A stretch of 30,738 nucleotides of DNA from Eubacteriales bacterium. Its GTDB lineage: Bacteria > Bacillota > Clostridia > Oscillospirales > CAG-272. The stretch covers positions 1 through 30,738 of the forward strand of contig JAZRNI010000207.1 in the NCBI GenBank assembly GCA_045648105.1. Direction: 5' to 3'. The translations under genes and the position numbers were made by a program. A model generated the notes under the pieces. That model saw only the letters and a list, made by a program, of their open reading frames with translations, had not been told where the DNA came from and made no database searches. Each line of letters begins with the position of its first letter. Position 1 is the first letter of the stretch. Shown here one piece after another: positions 8,513-16,900 of the stretch.

Positions 8513-9418
8513 ATGCCTGTCTTTATTCATTCACACATCGAAAATGAGAGTTCAAGCCTGTTTCGGGAGATTTTTGATGAAATAATCTTACACGGGGTGC
8601 TCGATACCCTCAAAATCATTCCGTTTTTGTTCCTTACCTACCTTTTTATGGAGTGGCTTGAGCATAAGGGAACGTCAACTCTTATAGGCACTCTAAGACG
8701 CTCCGGCAGGGCAGGGCCGCTCATTGGCGGAGCGCTTGGAGCTATACCGCAATGCGGATTCAGCGCGACCGGTGCAGGTCTTTTTTCGGCAAGAATTATA
8801 AGCGCAGGTACGCTTGTGGCGATTTTTCTTTCGACCTCGGACGAAATGCTCCCGATACTTATATCCGGCAGACTCGCTTTTTGGAAAATTGCGATTATTA
8901 TTTTTTACAAGGTCGCGGTGGGTATTCTTGTAGGACTTTTGCTTGACTTTTTACTCAGAGTATTCAAAAAGCAAGACGAGCACGCGCACATACACGAGCT
9001 TTGTGAGGACGCGAATTGCCACTGCGAGCGGGGAATACTCTATTCGAGCATTCATCACACCCTTACCGTGGGACTTTTCCTTCTCGTTGTCACGCTGGGT
9101 ATCAATACGCTTGTATATTTCGTCGGGGACGAGATTTTAAAAAATTCGGTTTTTTCCGTTCCGTTCATATCGCATATCCTTTCAGCGCTTATCGGTCTTA
9201 TACCGAACTGTGCCGTTTCCGTAGCTCTTGCAAACTTCTATATAGACGGCTATATTTCCGCGGGCACGATGCTCTCCGGTCTGTTTTCCGGTGCGGGAGT
9301 CGGACTTATCGTGCTTTTCAAGACGAATAAAAGCTTAAAGCAAAATCTATCTTTAATCGGACTGCTTATTCTTTGCGGTCTCGTATTCGGTATGATTTTC
9401 GACCTTTTTCCAATATAA
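8513..9418 (+). CDS. Putative metal permease (DUF2899 / putative manganese transporter family)
   Basis: Multi-TM; GAIPQCGFS, STSDEMLP, LIPNCAVS repeated half-motifs; His/Cys-rich loop DEHAHIHELCEDANCHCE. Confidence 0.75.
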   Translation: MPVFIHSHIENESSSLFREIFDEIILHGVLDTLKIIPFLFLTYLFMEWLEHKGTSTLIGTLRRSGRAGPLIGGALGAIPQCGFSATGAGLFSARIISAGTLVAIFLSTSDEMLPILISGRLAFWKIAIIIFYKVAVGILVGLLLDFLLRVFKKQDEHAHIHELCEDANCHCERGILYSSIHHTLTVGLFLLVVTLGINTLVYFVGDEILKNSVFSVPFISHILSALIGLIPNCAVSVALANFYIDGYISAGTMLSGLFSGAGVGLIVLFKTNKSLKQNLSLIGLLILCGLVFGMIFDLFPI

Positions 9419-9524
9419 AAGCGGCATCGAACATAAAATTATCCCTTAGTCCATACTTTAGACTTTATTTGTTAACCTATTTTGTATAAAATAAATTCAG
9501 AATAAAAATCAGGAGTAAAAAGCT

Positions 9525-9938
9525 ATGAAAAAGTTAACTTTGATTTTATCACTCGTGCTGTGCGCCGTAATTTTAACCGGATGCATGGGTGATTCCCTCA
9601 ATATCGAGGATAAGGAGTGGAAGCTCGTAAGCGCATCATTTGAAAATGCAGACCTTGGCTCCGTACCTACGCCTGCCTTCGGTGAGGTTACACTGAGCGC
9701 AACAAGCGGCAATATCGTGATAATTGACAAAGAGACGGGAGAGAGCTACACCGGCACCTACATTCAGACCAATTCCAATTCACAGGGACGCGATTATTCC
9801 TTTACCATCGGCGAGTATTCGGGCTACGGTATTCTTTCAAGGACTGATTTCTATAGCGATGAGAAGCTTCCCACAATATCTCTCTCGCTTACAAAGGGCG
9901 CTGAAAGATACACCCTGTGTTTTCAATCCGAGCCGTAA
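9525..9938 (+). CDS. Hypothetical lipoprotein
   Basis: SD AGGAG; basic N-terminus, hydrophobic core, lipobox LTGC; beta-rich mature part. Confidence 0.75.
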   Translation: MKKLTLILSLVLCAVILTGCMGDSLNIEDKEWKLVSASFENADLGSVPTPAFGEVTLSATSGNIVIIDKETGESYTGTYIQTNSNSQGRDYSFTIGEYSGYGILSRTDFYSDEKLPTISLSLTKGAERYTLCFQSEP

Positions 9939-9979
9939 AATCAGACTTAAAAATTGTTTTTCCACCGTTTAAAAATGTG

Positions 9980-10008
9980 TTGACAGAAATAACACTTTAT
10001 GTTAAAAT
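9980..10008 (+). promoter_or_regulatory. sigmaA promoter for rubrerythrin
   Basis: TTGACA-17-TAAAAT with TG extension. Confidence 0.7.
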
Positions 10009-10075
10009 AAAGTAACGGCGTGAAAGACCGTATGTATAATAAAATAAACATATGAAATAAAGGAGAATGACACCG

Positions 10076-10732
10076 ATGAGAAAATTCAAATGCTTAGTAT
10101 GCGGTAAGGAATTTGAGATTGAAAACGGCGTAGAGCCCGTATGCCCCTACTGCAAGGTAAAGGGCGATAAGCTTGTAGAAATCGCTAACGGCAAGGCTAA
10201 CAAGTACGCAGGCACGAAGACCGAAAAGAATCTTGAGACAGCGTTCGCGGGCGAGTCTCAGGCAAGAAACAAGTATACATATTTTGCATCAAAGGCAAAG
10301 AAGGAAGGCTACGAGCAGATTTCCGCGCTCTTCCTTAAGACCGCTGATAACGAAAAGGAGCACGCAAAGCTTTGGCTCAAGGAGCTTGGCGGAATCGGCG
10401 ACACAGCGGAGAACCTTCTCCACGCGGCAGAGGGCGAAAACTATGAGTGGACCGATATGTACGACGGTTTTGCTAAGACAGCTGACGAGGAAGGCTTCCA
10501 CGAGCTTGCGGAAAAGTTCCGTATGGTTGCGGCAATCGAAAAGCATCACGAGGAAAGATACCGCGCTCTTCTTCATAACGTAGAGATGAAGGAAGTGTTC
10601 GCAAAGAGCGAGGTTAAGGTATGGGAGTGCCGTAACTGCGGTCATATCGTAGTTGGAGCCGCAGCTCCCGAGCTTTGCCCCACGTGCGCTCATCCTCAGA
10701 GCTACTTTGAGCTCAACTGTGAAAATTACTGA
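10076..10732 (+). CDS. rbr: Rubrerythrin with rubredoxin-like domains at both termini
   Basis: Di-iron motifs [29 protein letters not shown]; C-terminal CRNC..CPTC; extra N-terminal CLVC..CPYC. ATG 10076 is better spaced from AGGAG than 10067. Confidence 0.88.
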   Translation: MRKFKCLVCGKEFEIENGVEPVCPYCKVKGDKLVEIANGKANKYAGTKTEKNLETAFAGESQARNKYTYFASKAKKEGYEQISALFLKTADNEKEHAKLWLKELGGIGDTAENLLHAAEGENYEWTDMYDGFAKTADEEGFHELAEKFRMVAAIEKHHEERYRALLHNVEMKEVFAKSEVKVWECRNCGHIVVGAAAPELCPTCAHPQSYFELNCENY

Positions 10733-10751
10733 TTACTCTCTCAATAAGAAA

Positions 10752-10790
10752 GACCGTCCTCGGCGCAAAGCCCGGGACGGTCATATTTTT
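10752..10790. terminator. Bidirectional terminator between rbr and the convergent DUF6270-like gene
   Basis: GACCGTCC ... GGACGGTC stem followed by ATATTTTTT. Confidence 0.75.
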
Positions 10791-12154
10791 TATTTTTCTG
10801 CGAGAAAGAAGCGCCCTGACATATCTGCAGACCTGCCTTCCGCAACGACGATTCTTATAAGACGGTACTTGTAATCCTTATCCAGATTAAACGGTACGGT
10901 ATAATCGCCCGTTATCCATCTCGTATCCTCCTCGGTGTTTCTGATAACGAGTTGAACGTAGCAATCCGGCCAGCTGCTTTTGACGTTCGTCGAAAATGAG
11001 TATGAGCCCTTTCTGGTGGTTTTTTCAATACATTTCCAGCCCCCAAGCGGATTTTTGGACTCGGACGAGATATAAAACACGGTGTCTTTCGTGGCTTTAC
11101 CGCGGAGTGAAAATCTGAAATCAGCTTCCATTGTAAGAGTAAGACCGTTTTGAGAGTAAGCTTTGCAATCGGCAAGCTCGTTTCTTAAGAGAATGTTTTT
11201 GCCGTGATTGATAAAGTCACCGATAAGAGCTGTGTATTTATTAAAAATCAGCTTGCTGTAATATTCTCTTTGACTTGCTATGTACTGATTTTCAACAGCT
11301 CGGCTTACTTTAGAGGTCATAATATAATCAAAGCATCTGTAAATGTAAGAATACGTTTCATCAACGTAATGAAGACTGCATTTTCCCCATTTATGGCGCG
11401 TGCTGCCAAAAAGCACCGTTGGCAAGGCTACGTAGTGCGCGCGCGGCAAAAACTTATACGTGTATTTGTTACAAACACTCATATATTCATTTTGACGTCT
11501 TGCCGTTTCGTCCGTGGGGATAACGGCAGGAGCGACACTTCCGCTTTCGGGGTCGATATAGCAGCAGGTGTTTTCGGCAATCAAAATTATTATACGGTCC
11601 TCTCGAAATCTCTTAAGCAGAAGCTTGAAGAAATCTCTGAACATACCCTCAAGCACACGTTCTTCAATATCAAGCGGCTCAATAATCTCGCTGTTTATAA
11701 GCTTGGTGATTTCGGGAGATTCGCTTTTGTTCGGCAACAAGTCGTATACCGACTGAGCCATTCCCGTTGTAAAAATACTGTCCCCGTATTTGTAAAGCGT
11801 GTAGCGGTTATTTGCAAGGTCCATAACGAGCCATTCCGACTCGGATTCGGATATGTAAGAATACCAGTCCTTCGTTATATCAAGCCTGAACATTTTTTTA
11901 TAAAAGTTCACAGCGCCGGAAGGCTCGCTTTCCGCAATGATTTTATCCGAAATTTATCGTGGCAAGGGCTTTGACATCGCAGAGGCAACGCTTATTCCCT
12001 GTATGTGCCTGTCAACGGCATATTGGGTTTCTTTTTCCGCGCAGTAGTCCCCAAGTCCCTTTACTATTTCAAAGCTGTCACGGCTTACGCATGAGCCGAG
12101 AACAGAAATGTGTACCTTTCCGTCGCTCGTTTTCCTGTTTCTTTTAAATCCCAT
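10790..12154 (-). pseudogene. DUF6270-like protein interrupted by a single in-frame TAA at 11954-11956
   Basis: The 66-aa ORF (12154-11954; ISVLGSCVSRDSF) and the 373-aa ORF (11911-10790) share a frame, separated by TAA plus 14 sense codons. Joined reading gives GSCVSRD...ISVASAMSKP...FYKKMFRLDITK...WLVMDL, the pattern I associate with DUF6270. Confidence 0.65.
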
Positions 12155-12193
12155 AATAAAACCAAGCTTCCTTTAATTTTTACTTATAGCATC

Positions 12194-12222
12194 ATTATAC
12201 CACAGTTAAAAATGCCTGTCAA
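12194..12222 (-). promoter_or_regulatory. Consensus sigmaA promoter for the DUF6270-like gene
   Basis: TTGACA-17-TATAAT with TG extension on the minus strand. Confidence 0.75.
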
Positions 12223-12358
12223 TGAAAAAGTGGTACCGGGTCTTATGCTTTTACGCATTTCCGCTATCGCACACCCCTCCCCGTGTCAATTTCCACATCT
12301 TTTTCATATATTTTCTTTTTTGGGGAAATAATATATCCGAACGAAAAAGGAGGTAAAT

Positions 12359-13021
12359 ATGTTCAAACACGAAAAATTGCTTTTTCATCCCGTGGGCGTA
12401 GAAAGACCTAACCCACAGTATGCCGTTCTTCTTCAGGAGCAGCTTGGCGGAGGCAACGGCGAGCTTAAGGCTGCAATGCAGTATATGTCTCAAAGCTTCA
12501 GAATAAAGGACCCGGAAATCAAGGACCTGTTTCTTGATATTGCGGCAGAGGAGCTTTCGCATATGGAAATGGTGGCTCAAACCATAAATCTCTTGAACGG
12601 TCACGACGTCGACGCGACAAAGGTGCAGGCAGGCGAGGTGCAGACCCACGTTCTTCTCGGCCTCAATCCCGGTCTTATCAACTCCTCGGGCTATTCCTGG
12701 ACCGGTGACTACGTTACCGTTACGGGCGACCTGTGCGCTGATTTGTTATCCAATATTGCCTCAGAGCAGAGAGCCAAGGTCGTTTACCAATACCTCTACA
12801 GGCAAATCGAGGATAAAAGGGTAAGAGAAACCATCGATTTCCTCTTGAACAGAGAGGAGGCACACAATCAGATGTTCCGCGATGCCTTTAATAAGGTTCA
12901 GAAAACAGGCTCAAACCGAGATTTTGGAACTACCAAGGCCGCTAAAATGTATTTCTCTATGTCCGAGCCGGGGCCCAATTCCTTTGCATCGGAGAATGCG
13001 CACGCTCCGTCATTTGAATAA
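12359..13021 (+). CDS. Manganese catalase family protein
   Basis: QLGGGNGELKAAMQY, DIAAEELSHMEM, ASEQRA, REEAH di-Mn ligand motifs; SD AAGGAGG. Confidence 0.92.
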   Translation: MFKHEKLLFHPVGVERPNPQYAVLLQEQLGGGNGELKAAMQYMSQSFRIKDPEIKDLFLDIAAEELSHMEMVAQTINLLNGHDVDATKVQAGEVQTHVLLGLNPGLINSSGYSWTGDYVTVTGDLCADLLSNIASEQRAKVVYQYLYRQIEDKRVRETIDFLLNREEAHNQMFRDAFNKVQKTGSNRDFGTTKAAKMYFSMSEPGPNSFASENAHAPSFE

Positions 13022-13036
13022 ATCCAAGCCTGCTTC

Positions 13037-13200
13037 CGGATTTAGGCGTAAACGAAAACAAAACGGTTGAGAAATCATTTTACAACGTGCCCCACTCCGC
13101 CTTTGCTATCTAATATATCGTATTAAGGTCGAAAGCCTGCCAAGTTTCGCAGGCTTTCCTCGTTTTAATTTAGTTTTGTGTTCGTTTACTCCTAAATCCG
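13037..13200. repeat. 164-bp segment bounded by 27-bp imperfect inverted repeats
   Basis: CGGATTTAGGCGTAAACGAAAACAAAA (13037-13063) versus reverse complement of 13174-13200, 25/27 identical. Confidence 0.85.
13131..13158. terminator. Strong hairpin (probable terminator of Mn catalase transcript) inside the IR-bounded segment
   Basis: GAAAGCCTGC-8-GCAGGCTTTC perfect 10-bp stem, followed by CTCGTTTT. Confidence 0.65.
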
Positions 13201-13257
13201 TTTGCATTTGTTGCTGCCGTGTTTACGCCTAAATCCGTTTGCATCTGTTGCTGCCGC
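13184..13257. repeat. 37-bp tandem direct repeat, 2 copies
   Basis: GTTTACTCCTAAATCCGTTTGCATTTGTTGCTGCCGT / GTTTACGCCTAAATCCGTTTGCATCTGTTGCTGCCGC, 34/37 identical, no spacer. Confidence 0.9.
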
Positions 13258-13258
13258 A

Positions 13259-13287
13259 TTAGGCGTAAGTGAGAACAAAACGGTTGA
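13259..13287 (+). repeat. Dispersed direct copy of 13042-13070
   Basis: TTAGGCGTAAGTGAGAACAAAACGGTTGA versus TTAGGCGTAAACGAAAACAAAACGGTTGA, 26/29 identical. Confidence 0.85.
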
Positions 13288-13312
13288 CACCGAGCAAAAA
13301 CGGTGATATAAT
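13284..13312 (+). promoter_or_regulatory. Consensus sigmaA promoter for the CrtO-like gene
   Basis: TTGACA-17-TATAAT with TG extension. Confidence 0.75.
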
Positions 13313-13361
13313 TTACAGCGTAAAATAATGTAAAGACCGTGCTATACGGTATGGAGAAGCT

Positions 13362-13934
13362 ATGAAATTATATCTTTCAACAATAGGAATTGCCATGGCA
13401 ATTATCGCGCTCGTTAATATTGCGCTCGGGACGGCTTCGTGGTACTACGTTCTGATCGCCGTTATCTGGTGCACGGCATTACAGTTTGCCCTTGACGGAC
13501 TTATCGCTATCATAATCAATAAAATGCCAAACAGATTCTTTGGCGTTGACAATAAGTATTATAACGTTTCACAAAGAGAAAAATCCTTTTATAAAAGACT
13601 TGGAGTCAGAAGGTGGAAGGACAAGGTATGGGAGCTTGGCTGGATAGGAGGCTTCAGCAAAAAGAGCCTTTTAGAGCCCAAAAATCCCGAATACATAGAG
13701 CGCTTTATCATCGAATCAAATAAGGGCGTCCTTACTCACAGGCTCGGATATTTCGCGGGATTTTTCGCAATGCTGACGATGTTTAATATCTGCTCGCTCA
13801 CAATAGCCCTGCCCGTAGCCGTTGTAAATCTCTTTCTTAATATCCTGCCTACCATAGTTTTACGGCATAACACCCCACAGCTCAAATCCCTGCTTCTGCG
13901 CCTCAGAAGAAGTAAGGAAATCTCCGTCAAATAA
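13362..13934 (+). CDS. Membrane protein, CrtO-like (glycosyl-diaponeurosporenoate acyltransferase-like) family
   Basis: LGVRRWKDKV, GGFSKK.L, YIERFIIESNKGVLTH, NILP.IVLRHN.P.L pattern; two N-terminal TM helices; SD GGAG. Confidence 0.6.
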   Translation: MKLYLSTIGIAMAIIALVNIALGTASWYYVLIAVIWCTALQFALDGLIAIIINKMPNRFFGVDNKYYNVSQREKSFYKRLGVRRWKDKVWELGWIGGFSKKSLLEPKNPEYIERFIIESNKGVLTHRLGYFAGFFAMLTMFNICSLTIALPVAVVNLFLNILPTIVLRHNTPQLKSLLLRLRRSKEISVK

Positions 13935-13936
13935 TG

Positions 13937-13977
13937 AAAGCCCACTGTTTCCAAAATGCGGATAACAGCGGGCTTTT
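13937..13977. terminator. Bidirectional terminator between the CrtO-like gene and addA
   Basis: AAAGCCC-A-CTGTT ... AACAG-C-GGGCTTT stem. Confidence 0.7.
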
Positions 13978-13982
13978 AAAAA

Positions 13983-16900
13983 TCATATTTTTATATCGTC
14001 GCCAAGAACAAGAGAGTAGATTCTGGCGCTTTTGGGAGCTTTGCCAAATATTTTCTCTATTGCCATTGCGTAATAAGTCAGCTGTAAGGAGTGTGCGTCC
14101 TTCAGCTTGGCCTCTGCCAAGTAGCGCTTGTCGATTTCCTCTCTTGTAAGTCGGTCAGTCTTGTAGTCAATAAGATGAAGCTCGCCCTCGCGGTCCTCGA
14201 TAATACAGTCAATAACGCCCTGCAGCAGTATTTCCTCGTCGGAAAGAGCGTTTCGCTTCTCGCTGTCGCGCGTGAACTCGTTTGCGGGCAGCTGACAGTT
14301 GAATCTAAGCTCTCGGTACAGCTTTCTTGCGTCCCTTAGCTCGAAAAAAAGCCTTGACTTTCGGAAAAGCTCGATTTCGCCAAGCCTTACTCGGCGTGCG
14401 TTTTCCTCGGTAATAAAGCCTTTTTCAATAAGGCGTGAAAGCTCCCTTTCCGCTCCGAAATTTTCAAGCGCGTCAAAGTCGCAGAACTGCATAAAGGTAT
14501 GCGTTGCAATGCCCGCCTTGGCGCTCTCGTCGTCCGCCTTGCCGCTTATAAATCTCGGTAAAATTGCGCGCCTTGAGCCTTCCTTCTTTATTTCGTCTAT
14601 GCTTGGCGCATCGTCCTCGTCCTCGTCAAGCACGCTTGGGTAAAGGTGCGAGATTGAGAGCTTTTCCGGCAGGCGCGTTTGGTGGGAGTACTTGTATTCA
14701 AAGTCGAACCTTTCCTTTAAAAGCTCAGGTGAAATTTCCGCATAGTCCTCACCGCTTTTCTCCGAATTTAACACGGGTTCGGGGGTTTTTTGCTCGCTTT
14801 CCTCGTGCAGGAAGATTTTATCAAGGCTTACGGTAGCGCTTATTACACTCAAAAATGAGGGTAAAAGGCTTGCGGAGTACGGACTTAACGAAAGCCTTGC
14901 GAGCTTCGCTTTTTCAAGGAAGCTGTCTCTTTCGTCCCTTGACCTGCCGATAATGAACAGCCTTTCTCTCGCTCTCGTTAAAGCGACGTAAAGGACTCTC
15001 AGCTCTTCTTCAAAATTTTTCCCGTCCTGATAAAGAGAAATTGCGTTTTTGATGGGATTGTTGACAAGGGCAATTCCGGACGGGTCTCTGAGCTTAAAGC
15101 CTATTCCGAAATCCTCCTTGTAGCTAATCCTTGCGCGTTTGTCGGCACCGCCCGAGGTGCGCTGAGTCTCTACGAGAAATACCACGGGGTATTCAAGACC
15201 CTTTGATGAGTGGACCGATGCGATTTTGACCGCATTCGAATCGTCCGAGTCGCCCGCAACCTCAAATCTCTCTTTGTTTTCAATTATACTGTTAACGTAG
15301 CTTATAAAGCTATAAAGGCCCTTGTATCCGTTTTTCTCATAGTTTTTCGCGTAGTTGTAAAGGAGCATAAGATTGTTTTTGCCCTTGTTTTTCGAGGAAA
15401 GATAGAGTATGCCCGTCTCGCTGTAAAGACGGCTTATCAGAGCGTCAACGCCGACGCCCTCGCTGAGTGAGCGGTATCTGTAAAGCTCCCGAAGAAAATA
15501 TTTTGCCTTTGCGTCCCCCGTAGCATCGCTATACTTAACGAGCGAGCCGTAAAGAGAGCTGTCGGAAAAGCCCGTCTTGATTTTGTAAAGCTCGTCGGGA
15601 GTAAATGAGAACAAAGGGGAGCACATAAGCCCCGTAAGATAAATATCCCGCCTTGGGTTGTCTATGCTGTTGAGCAGGCAAAGCATAAGAAGTATATCGG
15701 AATTTAAAAAGAAGTCCTTGTTTGAAACCGCCTCGCAGGGAATACCCTGTCTTTCGAGAAACTCCTTGTATTTTTTTACGGTGTCGTTGTGTCTGAATAA
15801 AATAGCAACGTCCGAGTATTTTATAGGCTCTGCCGAGTTGAGAGCTCCGCTGCGAACAAGCTCGCGTATTTTTTCCGTTACAAGGCTCGGACCAAGCTCG
15901 CTTTCGTCAAGCTCGTCGTCTCCCTCGCCTGCGTCTCGCTCCTGCTCGGGATAGCTAAGGAGAGCTGGATTTGCATCCGCGCTCGTAAAAATATGCACCT
16001 CAGGGGTATGCTTTTCGCATTTTTCGTTCTTGCCAAAGGATAGCCTGTCCTCTTTCTGATACGCTATGCTCTCGGCGTTAATACAAAACATCTTATCAAA
16101 AATCTTATTAACGAAATCTATGATTTGCTCGTCGCTCCTGAAATTTTTGGACATAAAAATACTGCCGGTATCGGATTTTTCCGATACCCCGAGCAACGGA
16201 TAGGACTTTTTCATATCCACGAATATTTCGGGGTGCGCGCTGCGGAAGCCGTAAATGCTCTGCTTAACGTCTCCGACCATAAATCGGTTGTCCTTTTTTG
16301 AAATCGCGTCGAATATTGCGTTTTGTATCGGGCTTACGTCCTGGTACTCGTCGATATATACCGCCTTGAACTGCTCCTTCATTGAAAGAGCAACGTCGCT
16401 TTCCTTATCCCCGTCGTAGAGTATATTCAGCGCCAGCTTTTCGACGTCCGAGTATTCCAGCACGCCCATTCTGCGCTTTTGCTCAAAATAAATCTCGTCG
16501 AATTTTTCTATAAAGCGCGCAAGAATACCGATAAGCCTTTCGCTTTTTTTAGCGGACGCGCGCCACTGGCCCTCGCTGAACGAGAAAAGCTTTTCCAAAA
16601 GCTTTGCGGTGCTCTTCTTGTACGACTCTCTTAAAGCACCGTACAGATTCGTGCCCTCGGTTATCTCTTTAGCCTTGACCGTGCACTTTTTAGGCAGCTT
16701 TTCTTCAAGGCAGGCTTTTGCATCGGCATAGCTCTTTACCCCCAGCCCGTGTGAAATTATTTCTATATCCTTCTCAATTCCGTCGATAACTGCCGCTTCC
16801 GATGCGGTAACGCCCGTAAGAGATTTCCCAAGCGCGCCAAACGCATTTGAAAAGTGACTGCAGAGAGCCTTGACGGAGTCTATTGCGTATTTTACGTATC

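Noticed and set aside
11954-11956. Programmed recoding (Sec or Pyl) at the internal stop
   Set aside because: The stop is TAA, not TGA or TAG, and I see no SECIS-like hairpin; nonsense mutation or sequencing error is simpler.
11204-11974. 256-aa ORF on the + strand
   Set aside because: Antisense shadow of the DUF6270-like frame; no SD and no recognisable motifs.
12300-12335. SigF/SigE-like promoter upstream of Mn catalase (TCATA-15-GGAAATAATA)
   Set aside because: Degenerate match in AT-rich DNA; not distinguishable from background without TSS data.
13184-13257. 37-bp GTTT-starting direct repeats as a CRISPR array
   Set aside because: Only two copies, directly abutting with no spacer, no leader and no cas genes; this is a tandem duplication.
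10022-13340. Recurrent AAAGACCGT 9-mer at about 10023, 10749 and 13333
   Set aside because: Contexts differ (leader, terminator stem, leader) with no extended similarity; plausible by chance.
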